This document shows positions 1 to 13,446 of a stretch of DNA of 64,000 nt, one piece after another. Both the position numbers and the translations under genes were made by a program. The first letter of the stretch is position 1; the number at the start of each line of letters is the position of its first letter. The notes below the pieces were generated by a model. The model saw only the letters and a list, made by a program, of their open reading frames with translations, was not told the DNA's origin and did no database searches. The stretch comes from Balanoglossus misakiensis (taxonomy: Eukaryota; Animalia; Hemichordata), in assembly GCA_040954595.2 (NCBI GenBank), contig CM082578.2, forward strand, positions 2,028,831 to 2,092,830, read 5' to 3'.

Positions 1-64
1 ATGAAGATCCCATAGTTTTATTTGGTGGTCAGTTAAAGACATTGCAAGAATTTTTGTTTTCTAG

Positions 65-187
65 ATGCACATGAATGTCGTCTTGGTCTGGATGACTGTC
101 ACCCAAATGCCACTTGCAGGAATCTTGTACCAGGATATGAATGCACTTGCAAAACTGGTTTCACTGGTGATGGAATAACTTGTACAG
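65..187 (+). CDS. Internal exon of a single-pass EGF-repeat membrane protein: calcium-binding-type EGF domain (DAHECRLGLDDCHPNATCRNLVPGYECTCKTGFTGDGITCT)
   Basis: ttttctag acceptor and G/gtatgt donor; 123 nt, phase 1-1; six-Cys EGF spacing with the C-x-N-x-x-G-Y-x-C-x-C-x-x-G-F-x-G-D-G pattern. Gene start lies upstream of the window. Confidence 0.93.
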
Positions 188-499
188 GTATGTAACTATC
201 TACAACTGAAATGTCAACAGAAATATGTACAGCTAAAACGTAGACACTACTGTTGATTTTATGCTCTTAAAGGGACAAAGTATCTCTCTTGCTGCCCTTT
301 TTCCATTAATTATGTTTGATACAAGACACTGTTTATGTTATTCACCCGGTACATGTGGATATATAGTGAATCAACGTTCGACAGCACACAACTTCCATTC
401 CGTTTGTAAGAAATGAATCTACAAGTGGGTTTAGTTCTTGTCTAATACAAATGGTTCGTCAGGTAGAATAATGTGATGTGATTTTATTCTTGTGTCTAG

Positions 500-628
500 A
501 CAAATGTGAAGGGTTCTGCTCAAACAATGCTGTTTGCATCAAGGACAGTGATGGCAATCCTGTTTGTGAATGTACTGATGAATATCAAGGTGAAACTTGC
601 CGCCAGAGAATACCAATGCAAGTTAAAG
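500..628 (+). CDS. Exon encoding a juxtamembrane EGF-like domain (DKCEGFCSNNAVCIKDSDGNPVCECTDEYQGETCRQRIPMQVK)
   Basis: tgtctag acceptor, AAG/gtgtgt donor; 129 nt, phase 1-1; lies inside ORF 478..669; six Cys in EGF spacing. Confidence 0.9.
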
Positions 629-895
629 GTGTGTATACATTTCTTTGTCTTTTAATAACTCAAGATTAAAAAACAATATTCACTAAAGTTTACACATTTG
701 TTTGATCTACATGATTACAGTTTACGTTGTCTTGAAAATATTTGTGAAAATGGTGAAACTGCAACATCTGCAGTATAACTAGATTTTTGGTCAACTAACC
801 ATTTTACAATAGTTAAGCATCATAATGAATGGTTTTCTTGCTTTTATCATAGCATATCGCCCCCGTGACAAATAGAAATATTTAAACTCTTACAG

Positions 896-992
896 ATTCC
901 TCCGTTGACACAGCTGTCATCATTGGTGGTGTTGCGGGAGGTTTAGCGGCTGTGTTAGTGCTTGGTGTAATAATGTTACTCATGTACCAACG
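896..992 (+). CDS. Transmembrane-helix exon (DSSVDTAVIIGGVAGGLAAVLVLGVIMLLMYQR)
   Basis: cttacag acceptor, CG/gtaagt donor; phase 1-2; ~23-residue hydrophobic run followed by a basic residue. Confidence 0.92.
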
Positions 993-1344
993 GTAAGTTA
1001 TTTAGTATTACCAGAGTAGAATCGAGACAGCTGTAGAAATGTTGCCCATCAGAAAACTGGGAATTTACCTGTATCTTTCCATACATGCATGAGGCAACGT
1101 GAAAAATAATCTCATCTGTATCGTGGAAGCAAATTTATTCAAAGAGTTCATGCATAGACCTATTCGCGTATAGGGTAACTGCAGTGCATCATGGTATAAT
1201 TTGCGTTCAACATGCATGGCGGCTAACAAGGCAAAGTCACGCGACCAGACCGCAAAGTGTCCAACAACCACCTGCGTTATTCTACAGTAGTAACCACATC
1301 ACAACAAATCCCACATTGATGATGTTCAACTATTTGACATTCAG

Positions 1345-1600
1345 GTGTGCTCTTGGAGGAAAGAAACATCCGGGCTGGGAAGAACAAGAGGCAACTATGG
1401 ATATCCATTTGTTTGATGATACAGATGATGTTGATAGCAAGGCAGGGAAAAGTGTGGAAGATGAGGAAGCCTTCAGAGAAATCTATCACTACAATCCCAT
1501 GTATAGTGGCGACAGTGGTAGTGCCAGTGGAAGTGAGGAATGGAGACCAAGGCCTCTTAAGAGTAGAAATGAACTATTTCATGAGAGTCACGGAGACTGA
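1345..1600 (+). CDS. Terminal coding exon: acidic cytoplasmic tail with NPxY motif (...EIYHYNPMYSGDSGS...HGD*)
   Basis: ttcag acceptor; phase 2 matches the previous exon; reads in the frame of ORF 1184..1600 to TGA at 1598-1600. Confidence 0.88.
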
Positions 1601-3256
1601 TACTTTTAATGTGCCATCTCTGTGTGTACATGTATGGTATAATTCAAATGATAACTAGAATGGTTTTCATTTTGTGAGTTGACACAGTACTGTGATAAGC
1701 TTGGTATAATCCCATAAATGATAACAATAATAGTTATGCTTTGTCAGACGACAGTACTGTGATAAGCGCACATTAAATTGGTTGGAGTGAAACAGATCTT
1801 TATTATTACACTCTTAGCAACATCTGAATGAAATGATCATAAATAATCATCTTTAAAGTATGTTGGTTATAAGGCTATATATTTTACATATTTTAAAGAA
1901 TTTTCCTTAAAAATTTGTTATGACTTATTATAAGGTATAGTGTAATGAGAAAGATATGATAATACGAGAATTCCTAAACAACAACATATTTGTGTTGAAT
2001 TTGGAGGACAAATTTAACAGTGTACCAATTAGGCTCTCCCTTTGCATGCTGACTTGCTTCTGTATTCATACAAGGCAGCATTTATCCTTAACTTGACCAG
2101 ATAGAAGGTCTTTTCATCCAAATGCATAGATTATGAATTATTTCTCTCAATATATTCAGTGACTACCTCCCGATGATATATATCCTCCTGAATTAGTGCT
2201 TCAAATTTTGATATTTTTCTTGATATTTTTCTTTAATTTGACTTCAACCGTCACCATTCTCCAAGACTGTAAAAGAAGGGAGATGATGATTAACTATTAT
2301 CAATTTTTTTGCCCCTTGTACTGTCTTTTCAACTGGCCGTATAAATCTGATATTTGTTTGGCATGCGAATTTTGGAATATGGATGTGTATGATCACAATT
2401 ATAAGATCCTCAAAATAAAAGATCCTATCATTTCATTTGGTTAATAACCAGTTCATAGGTGAATGAAAATATAGTTACTCACTTTGAGACCTGACATGTA
2501 TATATAATAATTCAAAGTATTTATTCGCATATTTTTATATTATTCATGGTGTTATAGATCAATGGAAATTTTTCAAATTAAATTCATGTATATAAAATGT
2601 AGCAATGTAATGTCATATGTGAAACCCTTAATCTTGATATTGTAATTCATTGTAGAATATGATTATATTGTGTTATTCACTCAACTTGTGCATGTATGTT
2701 TAAGATTCATGCAAAATTACTTTTTTATACAAACTGTTCCTTTTTGTGTTGTTCGGAGGTGACAACTCATCAACAATGAAATAAGTTTGGGAAATTTTTG
2801 AACAAAGTCATGAAGTGGAAGTACTATAAATAAGTTTAATATCTTCTGTAGTTGTTATAATAAGACATCAAACCAGGTCCAATAATCAATATTACTCAAG
2901 CTAAGCTAATTACCAGGTCCAGGTTCAAAAAAGAAATAAGAGAAAAACTTACAATTTCAACAGGATCATCTTGAACCACTGCTAAGTGGTAGTACTCGCA
3001 CAGGGGGCTGCAAACATGAAAGTTATAAATGGCGGAGTTCCTGCATTTTCCCCCAATAAACATTAATTGATGAACAGTCTTTGTGCTTGTTTATTTTTCT
3101 GTGTTACCTCCACCTGTCTTAGCAGTTGCTAATCCAGAATACAAGCTATTGCATTTCCCATTAAGCACCTGCTAACGACTTAATCTGTGTGCCCCATCCA
3201 CGGATTTAGTGGATTAAGTAAACATCGGTCAGTTCTCACTTGGTAAGAGAATACCC

Positions 3257-4164
3257 ATTATTGCATATGTACCACAGTATTCTAAGCGGGCCGTGCAATA
3301 ATAATTCTGGTATTTTTGCGAGCTCATATGCAAATGAGCATCCCGAAGAATAAGATCCCCCATTTCCCCTTCAATCGATCGTATCTTTCAAAGTTTAACC
3401 CTCGTTCTGTTACACAATTACTTGGAGTTCATATAAACCTCCGGAGGATATAACAAAAGTTTTATTTCAGTCGCAAAAAAGCCGATTGTTGTTTTAGTTG
3501 TGCGCGTGACAAAGTGGTATTTTTCACAACCCATATGCAAATGAGTAAAAACAAGCCGGACTACGTTTTGTTTGTAAACATTGAACGCGGTCGGCAGAGC
3601 TGGAGTATGATCGCCGAAACGTGGGGAATTTTCAACATTCGGAGACGTCATTGTCTTATCCTTCCCAAATTTTGTCAGAATAGCAAAACATTATTTGGCA
3701 GTATGTTTGGGAACCTCGGAATATCCCTCGCTATCGCCAGTTTCTCAAATATTGCCGATGCTATCTTGCGACTTGAGCTAAACCACCGATGAAATGAGCC
3801 AACATGATCGCCGAAACATGCGGATTTTTCAACATTCTGGCACGTTGTTTTATTATCCTTCCCAACTATCGTCAGAATAACAGAACATTTAGTTGTCAGT
3901 GTGTTTTGGAACCTCGAAAATTACGGAAATTTCTCGCTATCGCCAGTGTTTCGAAATTTATCGCTGCGTTCTCACGACCTCAGGTAACCCACTGATGGAA
4001 TGACCCCGCATGACCCTTCTTTGCATAACAAAGGTTGCGTCATTTTGGCCAATGAGCGGCCTTCTCTGGGTTGCATAGCCTTTGGCGCATCACTGTAATG
4101 AAAATCAATACGCCACGATCGAAACTTTGATTTTCGTCAAATCTGGGGAAACATATGCAATAAT
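3257..4164. mobile_element. Non-autonomous TIR element specific to duplication copy 1
   Basis: 14-bp perfect inverted ends attattgcatatgt / acatatgcaataat; internal direct repeats (atgatcgccgaaac, ctcgctatcgccagt); absent at the equivalent site of copy 2 (atacccagtactcg, ~13251-13264). Confidence 0.75.
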
Positions 4165-4165
4165 A

Positions 4166-4351
4166 ACAGAACTTCATGACCTCTGCGCGCGATCTGTGCA
4201 ATATGGATTTTATTTTCACTCGTGAGAAGGTGTATTCTTCTGCATTTTTACTCGCTATCGCTCGTAAAAATACTCGGAAGAATACACCTTCTCACTCATG
4301 AAAATAAAATCCATATTGCACAGATCGCGCGCAGAGGTCATGAAGTTCTGT
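4166..4351. mobile_element. 186-bp near-perfect palindrome (hairpin MITE)
   Basis: acagaacttcatgacctctgcgcgcgatctgtgcaatatgg... is mirrored around the centre ttttactcgctatcgctcgtaaaa. Confidence 0.85.
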
Positions 4352-5191
4352 CATAGTACTCGCTGACCGATGTTTACTTTATTAACTTAATCCGTGGATG
4401 GGGCACACAGATTAAGTCGTTAGCAGGTGATTAATGGGAAATGGATAGCTTTTATTCTGGATTAGCAAATGATAAGACAGGTTGGGAAAACGCAGAATGG
4501 AACGTACTTCGCCATTTATAACTTTCATGTTTGCAGCCCCCTGTGGTACTAGGTGTCGGAAATGGGTAAGCACACCCTTCCAGCATGCTACACCCGTCAA
4601 GACTGACCCAAAGAGACAGATTTAAGTTGAATTTGACTTAACTAACAAATTACTGTTGCAAGTCAAATCCATATTTTGACTTTATCTCTGACTGAGCGCA
4701 GTGAGTCTGAGAGACACTCCACGTCTTCCTCTTCACAAGCAGCCCACTTCAAGTTTCAGCAACATCCATAATAATCGTAAAGTTGAGGTGCCAGTTAAAA
4801 TTAGATGGCTCGACACAATTTTTTGGACCAAACTGGAATAGCTGCCGAAGTTTGGTATTTCAAATGATTGTCAGGTCACCTGTTTATTATATGACTGTGA
4901 GGTTTCTAACAAAAGGGAGATGACATACAATCACAAGTGTAAATCCAATATTGAACATTACTTAAAGGGACAAATTGTTCAAATCCTCTTTTGAGCTTAT
5001 TTGGTCAATTTTGTTTGATATGAAATGTGCCTATTATGCTGTTTGACTTCTTTAAACATGCTTAAATACTGGCCAATAAATAACTCCACTATGTTTGAAA
5101 TTAAACCAGATAGTACAATAATACATTCCAAATGTCATCTGTGATAACATCATGCTTTGGACTTTTTTACTTATATATTACATAACATGTT

Positions 5192-5419
5192 ACGGAGGGG
5201 GGAGAGAGGTGAGAAAAGGAATGTGAAAAAGGAGAAGAAAAGCAAGAGGGCGGAAATGAGAATGTCAGGATGGAAAGGGAATGAGGGGAGGACTTTGACA
5301 GAAGGGGAGGGGAGAGACCGAATAAGTGAAGGTGAGAGAGGAAGTGGTTAGACAGGAAGAAAGGGAAATTAAAGCTCAATCACCACCACCACCACAATCA
5401 TCATCATTGCCATCATCAT
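5192..5419. repeat. Purine-rich (G/A) low-complexity tract followed by (CAC)n/(CAT)n microsatellite; paralog at ~14053-14293
   Basis: Visible directly; triplet copy number differs between the two duplication copies. Confidence 0.75.
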
Positions 5420-7160
5420 TCTGGAGGCATCGTGGCCTGTATTGGCCCATGGGCATCATGGGCCAAAAAAACTGATTCAGTGTAAATGTGCATAAACCAC
5501 ACTTTTGTACGAACTCCTGTAACCGGTGACGCAAGTCGTGAGTGAATTTGTGGGCGTGTCGCGACCTTTTCTGTGAACGTGATGCAGAGTGATATATTGA
5601 TGACCCCCAGCCACCCCCACACCCTTTGGTAACACACTTCTTAAACTTTCTTTACATAGAATGGACTTCTCAAACCTTCCTTACCAAAGTTCTGATTAAA
5701 GACATCTATCTTCTAGGGTACTACCAACAGCGTTTCACGTGACTGTAGACAAGAATCAAGTACCTGTACACAGACAAGGGCGTGCGCGCGTCCACAATAA
5801 TTTAAAACGAATGTTTCCACCGCCGTGTGTTTTATGCACATAAACACTGAATCAGCTTTAATATTGTCCCATGATGCCCCGTGAGTTGTCAGGGTACCAA
5901 ACTGACAATGCTGGAGAAAAAATGAAGTGTTGACATGCATGTTGTTAAGGGGTTTCACAATGCATGTTACGGACGCTGGTTTCTCTTAGCAATAGAGTAG
6001 AGGCGTAAGGATGGGTTGATCTTGTGATTAAGAATTTTGGCAAAGAAACATAAATTGTGTCATTTAGTTTTGTATTAAACCCTATTCGCGTATTTTGTGT
6101 TAAAGCACGAAATACTGCAATAATGAGATACGGTAGTATTTAACACATATCATATATGATATAATATAGCTTTATCAATACCAGTGAATTTTGTGACGTC
6201 ATTGCTGTACATTTTTTTATCTTTTATTTAAAACGCACAATGTTACATCAACAAATCAAAAGAAGAAACGAACTGAAAACTCACATCATAGCTTCAAAAT
6301 TTATTACACTTTCTGGATGGTTGCATGATTCCTAAGGCTTGTATACCTTCAACCTCAATGTCACGCGGGAGGATTGGTGTTAATGTAACGGGGAATTAAA
6401 CTCTATAGATGGGGATAACTCGCTTGGCTAATACTGAGAGGTACCTATATGGAATCGTGCTGACGTCCAGATACATCGACACGAACACTGGGTATTTATG
6501 GTAGCAACTGAGAATATAAGAATTTAATGAAATAAACCTACTCGACCACTTGCGTTCTGAGGACAAGAAGGACACAAATAGTCCGCCATTCAAAAAGACC
6601 GTTCCAGCATTTTATTTTTACCCGCCAAAAGACGCGGAGATATATTTTTAGATGAATGATCCATGCATACTCTGATTGCATAGTACTTGTCTTCCTTGTG
6701 TTCCTTAAAACAATGAATGTATTGTATTTTCTTTTCTTTTCATCAGGAATTCGATAACTTTCTTAACACTTCAAAAGTTTCTTTACTCTTCAATCACTTC
6801 TGTCTCAACTTTTAAGTTTAACTTTTACTTCCAAATCTCAGGTCACAAACTCTATAGACTGCTAAACAATTTTCTTCCTAGTGTTGTATGCGCCACTTGT
6901 GAATTTTTGCGAGTGAGATTCACGGGCGTTTGAGCACAATTTATACAAAATATGTTTATCGCCATTAGAAAAACGTTTGCGTAGAATCAATGACGTCATG
7001 GTAAATTTTAGCTGCATGCTCCAATAGGGATGATAGGGAGACTACTTGTTGTAGAGCACCTGAAAATGTACGTATTTCGTCACTTCCTTTTCGCGAAATT
7101 TAATTCTTAACGGCATCTTAGTTTTAAGATTTGTGATTCCTTTTTTCATCAGTTGTACAT

Positions 7161-7377
7161 TTGCATCACGGGATACTTCTTTGTAGACTATCGAACCTTG
7201 GCATCTCAGACACAGTACTAACATGGTTTACATCTTACCTTCAATATAGATATCAAACTGTAATCATCGAAAACACTGCAAGTTCACAGTCACCTCTCGT
7301 ATACGGGGTGCCACTGCCCCTCTGTTGTTCACCATTTATATAGCCCCACTTTATAGTAAACCGATTCGTCCCCACGT
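7161..7377 (+). pseudogene. Old non-LTR retrotransposon RT fragment (L2/CR1 group)
   Basis: HGILLCRLSNLGISDTVLTWFTSYLQYRYQTVIIE...YGVP resembles the RT segment preceding GVPQGS; the paralog at 16037-16305 continues to YADD. Confidence 0.8.
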
Positions 7378-8296
7378 CGTTAAAACTCAATCGTGACACT
7401 TCCCACTTTTCCAATAATCGAACTTCCACGTTCGATCAAAGAAAGAATGAAAACGAAAACCAGGTCTGCGCTATCGGTTTTAAATACACTACGTCAAAAT
7501 CAAACTCAATAATCACCTTTAAAATATCACAGCCTGTTCAAACAAATTAAAGAAAATCGCATAAAACGTTTTCAATGTCAAAATTCAAAACGACTTCACT
7601 GTTCTGACTTCTCGTCAAAGAGTGTCTCTTTTCCAGTGCAAAATTCAACAGTCAATAACCGCGTAAAAAAAATTAAGTCTGATAGTTCTTTCGTACAAAC
7701 ATTCTCTTCACTGCTGTACTAACGGAGCAGGCACATTCCAAAGATGCTCTCGAACACAATAACGGTTCCGGATAATACCGCCAAGTACGGAGCATTTCAG
7801 AGTGGATCATAATGCAATACAAGCTCGTAATAAACAGTAAAAATGAATACACTTCATCATACTGTCACGTTCAAAAATAACCACGAAACGAATTCTTATG
7901 TGAAAGGATGCGTAAGACTACAATAAAATCACGCTTAACTTCAACTACACTCTGGGACTTCTCTCTTGTCCCTCGTATGAACTCACATGTCAACTCAAAG
8001 GGCCATTTTCATACGCCAGACCGTCTCCCTTGCGGTCATTAAAACATCACGACTTCATCACCAGACCGTCTCTCTTGCGGTCATCACAAAAACTTCAACA
8101 ACTCCTCAAAAACCTATTAAACTTCACTACACTTCACGGCATCACTTCAACAAAAGAATACATTTACAATGTCGAAAACAATGCAAAAACTAGGTGGAAA
8201 ACAATATCAAATCAAAAGCGGTTAATAACGGTCAGTCAACTCACGTCTACTAACTCTTCTTATGTGAAAGGATGCGTAAGACTACAATAAAACTCA

Positions 8297-11200
8297 AAGG
8301 ACCACTCTTCAATGTAAGTCATCATACCCTTCCACCCTGTGATTTTGATGAACACCCCCCCCCCCCAGCTTTTTAATTCATTTTGTGTTTCCCATCTAAA
8401 TGTCAGATCATTACACAGAAACGTTGATGCCTTAAAATTACTATATGAAGATATTATCAAGTCCAAATTCGCTATCATTGGAATCTCTGAAGTATGGGAC
8501 CCAAATAACTTAAGTATTTATAATATGCAAGATTACACATTGGAAGTGAAGTCTCGTGAAGTAGGAAGGGGCGGTGGGGTTGGGGCTTACATACATTCAT
8601 CAGTAATCTACAAGCTGCTTCGAGCAAGTGTCAGTCACTCAGAATCACTCTGGATGTAGGTACAGGTTAAAAATACGAAGATAATTTATGGGAATAATCT
8701 ACAGAAAACCTAATACTGATATAACAGAATTTCAAATTAGTCTCATGCAAGTTTTAAACGAGCTCAGATGTGACAAAAATAATTGTATTTTAATGGGCGA
8801 TTTTAATATTGATACTAACATAAGACTGACCAACCCCAATATAGATTCATATCTATCCTCCTTGGAATGTATAGGCTTAAGACAGCTGATATCTACCCCA
8901 ACCAGAGTGACTAGTTCATCTGAAACTTTAATTGACCACATCTACACAAATATTAATCAACGTCCTATTCATGCTGGCACTATAATCACTGATATCTCAG
9001 ACCATTTCCTTGTGTATACTCTTTTAGAAAATATTCCTCTAAAATTGCCACAAAAAGAGAAAATTATTTTCAGAAATTTCAAAAACTATAGTCCCTCTCA
9101 ATTTTACGAAGATCTTGAAAACACAACATGGGATTCTGTGTACCATTGCTCTGATGCTAATGAGGCTTACAACAATTTTTATTCAGTCTTTAATGAAATT
9201 TGTGATAAACATGCACCTATTTCTACCAAATCCTATAGTACCAAAAAAAATAAAAAAAAACTTGGATCACCAAATCACTTAGAAAATCTATTAACACCAA
9301 ACATAGGCTATATAACAAATTATATAAATCAAAATTTAATAATGCTGTTGCTGTTGATAATTATAAAAAAATATCGAAATATTTTATCGGCTTTACTCAG
9401 GAAAGCCAAACAGATGTACTATAGCAATATTTTTATACAAAATGAAAATAACACTACTGCAATATGGAAAACAATTAGAGAGATACTTGGAAGCCAAGGT
9501 AATGCCAGTCAATCTCTGCCAGATAATCTGTGTGTTAAGTCTAATGGTAAGGTACGAACCGTAAATAAGAAAACTGACATTGTCAATGAGCTAAATAACT
9601 ACTTTGTTGGTATTGGTCCAGACCTTGCTAGTAAAATAAAGTCTAACAATTGCAACTTTAATAATTATCTCAAGGCACCCATCTCAAACTCAATCTTTCT
9701 TGCCCCAACAACTCAGTTTGAAATACAAAAAATTATTTGTAGCCTAGATCCTTATAAAGCTTGTGGCCAAGATCAAATTCCTGCTAGACTTCTTATAGAT
9801 GGAGCTGCTGTAATATCTAAACCATTAGAATACATATTCAACCTCTCCTTTCATTCAGGAATATTTCCGAAAGCCCTAAAATCAGCAAAAGTTATACCAA
9901 GTTTCAAGAAAGGAACCACTGATGATCCAGGAAATTACAGACCAATATCAATTTTACCTCTTACAAGCAAAGTCTTAGAAAAAATAGTCAACTCCCGTCT
10001 TACCAACTTTGTAGAACAATTGGATATTCTATATCAGTATGCCTTTCGACAAAAATATAGTACCAAACTCTCTCTGATCAATCTTGTCAATTATCTCATT
10101 AAGCAACTTGATGCTGGCAGAATTACACTTGGCATTTTCCTTGACTTTTCAAAAGCCTTTGATACCATTGATCATACAATATTACTATCTAAACTCTCTC
10201 ACTATGGTATACGTGGACGTCCTCTACAATGGTTTACAGATTATTTAAAAGATAGATGTCAACATGTTTGTGCTGATGGCCATATCTAATCTAGCCATAA
10301 TATTACATGTGGAGTTCCACAGGGATCTGTCCTTGGACCTACTCTATTTTTATTATTTATTAATGATATAGCCCTTTCAACATCCTTCTTCAACTTTCGG
10401 CTGTTTGCTGATGATACAAATCTGTTCCATACCTTCCCTGCAAACAAAAGTGATATCAATCTGAACCATGTTGACAGCCAGTTACAGCTGGTACTAGATT
10501 GGTGCAATGCCAACAAACTCACTATAAATCACTTAAAAACAAATTACATTATTTTCAGAAACCAAAGACGAAACTTTTCCCATGTTGGTTCTCTCCACAT
10601 AAATAATATGGTCATTAATGAGGTAGAAGCTGCATCATTTGTTGGCATTCTCATTGACAGGCATCTTACCTGGTCAAAACATATCCAGATGCTAAACACA
10701 ATCATCAGAAAGAAAGTTGGCATTCTCTTTAAACTCAGACATTTTGTACCTACCCATAATACTTACCTTACTCTACAAATCACTTATCCAACCACATATA
10801 ACATACGGCCTCGAAGTATGGGGGTCAACACATCCTTCATATCTCAACCGTATTAAGTTATTACAAAAAATGGCAGTAAGAGCAATAACCTTCAGTGATT
10901 TCACAGCTCATTCAACTCCTTTATTCCATAAATTGAAAATCCTTGATATTTTCAAATGACATAAGCTCCAGGTATGCTCCTTCATGTATGATCTTGTAAA
11001 CAATAATCTTCCACAAAGGCTGACAACCTACTGTCAATTACCTCTCCATGATTACAGTACACGCCACAAAAACCAAGGTAATCTCCATATTCCAAGTGTA
11101 AATACAACAATGGGCAAATTTGCAATATCTTATAATGGCCCTCTCTTATGGAATTCATTACCAGAACAAATAAAAAACAAAAAATCCCAACAAACTTTCC

Positions 11201-11567
11201 GGTACTCGCTCAAACAGATGTATTTAGAAAATTAACTATAAATATATATATATTTATATATAGTAGTTCAATTTATACATTCAATGTATTTATTTCATTC
11301 AAGTTTAGCTACTGTCTATGTACATAGTTGCCTTTACAGTGTACATGCCTAATATTGCTTCTCTCTAAGAAATACACTGCCCTCAAAATGAAATGTAACT
11401 ATTTTTTATACCGCAATGTACAGAGGAATGGGAACAGACTTGACTAGCACCTGCTATTTTCTGTTCCCAATTACCCTTTCATTCAACCTGTCTCACTCAT
11501 GAGTTATGTAAATACTTTTCAACTTTTCAACAAGGGTAATAAATTGAATTGAAATTGAATTGAATTG
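8297..11567 (+). mobile_element. 5'-truncated, degenerate LINE (CR1/L2 group): APE endonuclease + reverse transcriptase ORF2, 3' UTR and (ATTGA/ATTGAA)n tail
   Basis: EN motifs HLNVRSL, IGISEVW, GRGGGVGAYI, MGDFNID, LIDHIYTN, SDHFLV; RT motifs NYRPISILP, FLDFSKAFDTIDH, GVPQGSVLGP, FADDTNL. In-frame stops (8657, 10287, ~10957) and frameshifts. AATAAA at ~11538 precedes the tandem tail; AACTCA TSD at 8291-8296 and 11568-11573. Confidence 0.95.
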
Positions 11568-12998
11568 AACTCACGTCATCAGAGTAGACAAAGAAAATAC
11601 GATCACGCAATATTTCAATGATCAAATCTCCCAAACTATAGATTAAAAAGGCTGATTATTCAGTTGAATGTCATTCTATCTCAGTTTTTTTTGCGATAGC
11701 AGACGATTCAAGAGTCTTCCCTTCTTCATTCCACGAGACCTCTTTTCTTCGTCGCCAGAACTGCTTCAACTACATGCTTCTGGATACGACGCCCCTCTGA
11801 TCAAACAACAGATCCATCCTGAAATAGTGCTTCAAATCTTGATATTTTTCTTTAATTTGACTCAGATAGAAGGTCTTTTCATCCAAATGCATAGATTATG
11901 AATTATTTCTCTCAATATATTCAGTGACTACCTCCCGATGATATATATCCTCCTGAATTAGTGCTTTTCTTGATATTTTTCTTTAATTTGACTTCAACCG
12001 TCACCATTCTCCAAGACTGTAAAAGAAGGGAGATGATGATTAACTATTATCAATTTTTTTGCCCCTTTTACTGTCTTTACAACTGGCCGTATAAATCTGA
12101 TATTTGTTTGGCATGCGAATTTTGGAATATGGATGTGTATGATCACAATTATAAGATCCTCAAAATGAAAGATCCTATCATTTCATTTGGTTAATTACCA
12201 GTTCATAGGTGAATGAAAATATTGTTACTCACTTTGAAACCTGACATGTATATATAATAATTCAAAGTATTTATTCGCATATTTTTATATTATTCATGGT
12301 GTTATAGATCAATGGAAATTTTTCAAATTAAATTCATGTATATAAAATGTAGCAATGTAATGTCATATGTGAAACCCTTAATCTTGATATTGTAATTCAT
12401 TGTAGAATATGATTATATTGTGTTATTCACTCAACTTGTGCATGTATGTTTAAGATTCATGCAAAATTACTTTTTTATACAAACTGTTCCTTTTTGTGTT
12501 GTTCGGAGGTGACAACTCATCAACAATGAAATAAGTTTGGGAAATTTTTGAACAAAGTCATGAAGTGGAATTACTATAAATAAGTTTAATATCTGTTTGA
12601 GTTGTCCTGCCAGAAGTCAACATTTTTAGCTTATACAAATACTGGTGCAACTACAGAACAGTTGAAGAATTTCATCATTATATTTATGTTTTAATTACAA
12701 GTATATCAATTGTACCTTTTCCTTATATTAAAAGCATATTTTTATTATAATATTTAATTGAATTCTTTGTCTACTTTTTTAAACTGACAATTTGTCATTC
12801 ATTACCATAACCCTGGAGTGTATTTCACTGTGTCCAGAGATTCTTCTGTAGTAGTTATAATAAGACATCAAACCAGGTCCAGTAATCAATATTTCTCAAG
12901 CTAAGCTAATTACCAGGTCCAGGTTCAAAAAAGAAATAAGTGAAAAACTTTCAATTTCAACAGGATCATCTTGAACCACTGCTAAGTGGTAGTACTCG

Positions 12999-13446
12999 CA
13001 CAGGGGGCTGCAAACATGAAAGTTATAAATGGCGGAGTTCCTGCATTTTCCCCCAATAAACATTAATTGATGAACAGTCTTTGTGCTTGTTTATTTTTCT
13101 GTGTTACCTCCACCTGTCTTAGCAGTTGCTAATCCAGAATACAAGCTATTGCATTTCCCATTAAGCACCTGCTAACGACTTAATCTGTGTGCCCCATCCA
13201 CGGATTTAGTGGATTAAGTAAACATCGGTCAGTTCTCACTTGGTAAGAGAATACCCAGTACTCGCTGACCGATGTTTACTTTATTAACTTAATCCGTGGT
13301 TTGGGCACACAGATTAAGTCGTTAGCAGGTGATTAATGGGAAATGGATAGCTTTTATTCTGGATTAGCAAATGATAAGACAGGTTGGGAAAACGCAGAAT
13401 GGAACGTACTTCGCCATTTATAACTTTCAAGTTTGCAGCCCCCTGT
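12999..13446. mobile_element. Intact fold-back MITE (uninterrupted version of 2999-4545)
   Basis: cacagggggctgcaaac...gtttgcagccccctgtg termini with long imperfect arms. Confidence 0.8.

Larger units (their letters stand above)
2999..4545. mobile_element. Fold-back MITE (~450 bp, cacagggggctgcaaac termini), interrupted near its centre by a 1.1-kb insertion
   Basis: Ends cacagggggctgcaaacatgaaagttataaatggcg / cgccatttataactttcatgtttgcagccccctgtg; inner arms also complementary; uninterrupted version at ~12999-13446. Confidence 0.8.
2098..8208 (+). repeat. Segmental duplication I, copy 1 (begins in the presumptive 3' UTR of the EGF-TM gene)
   Basis: Colinear and near-identical to 11863-18129; the short ORFs in the track recur in pairs (e.g. 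5416/14290, 6396/15273, 7042/15918). Confidence 0.97.

Noticed and set aside
1031-1287. MITE in intron 3 (ctgtagaa...ttctacag)
   Set aside because: Only an 8-bp inverted match with no TSD or second copy in the window.
5157-5379. Lys/Glu/Gly-rich and Ser/Leu/Phe-rich ORFs
   Set aside because: Translations of a purine-rich low-complexity tract; indels between the duplicate copies break the frame.
8688-10289. 533-aa ORF as a functional RT or domesticated gene
   Set aside because: It is a fragment of a LINE ORF2 with flanking stops and compensating frameshifts, and it ends before the FADD motif.
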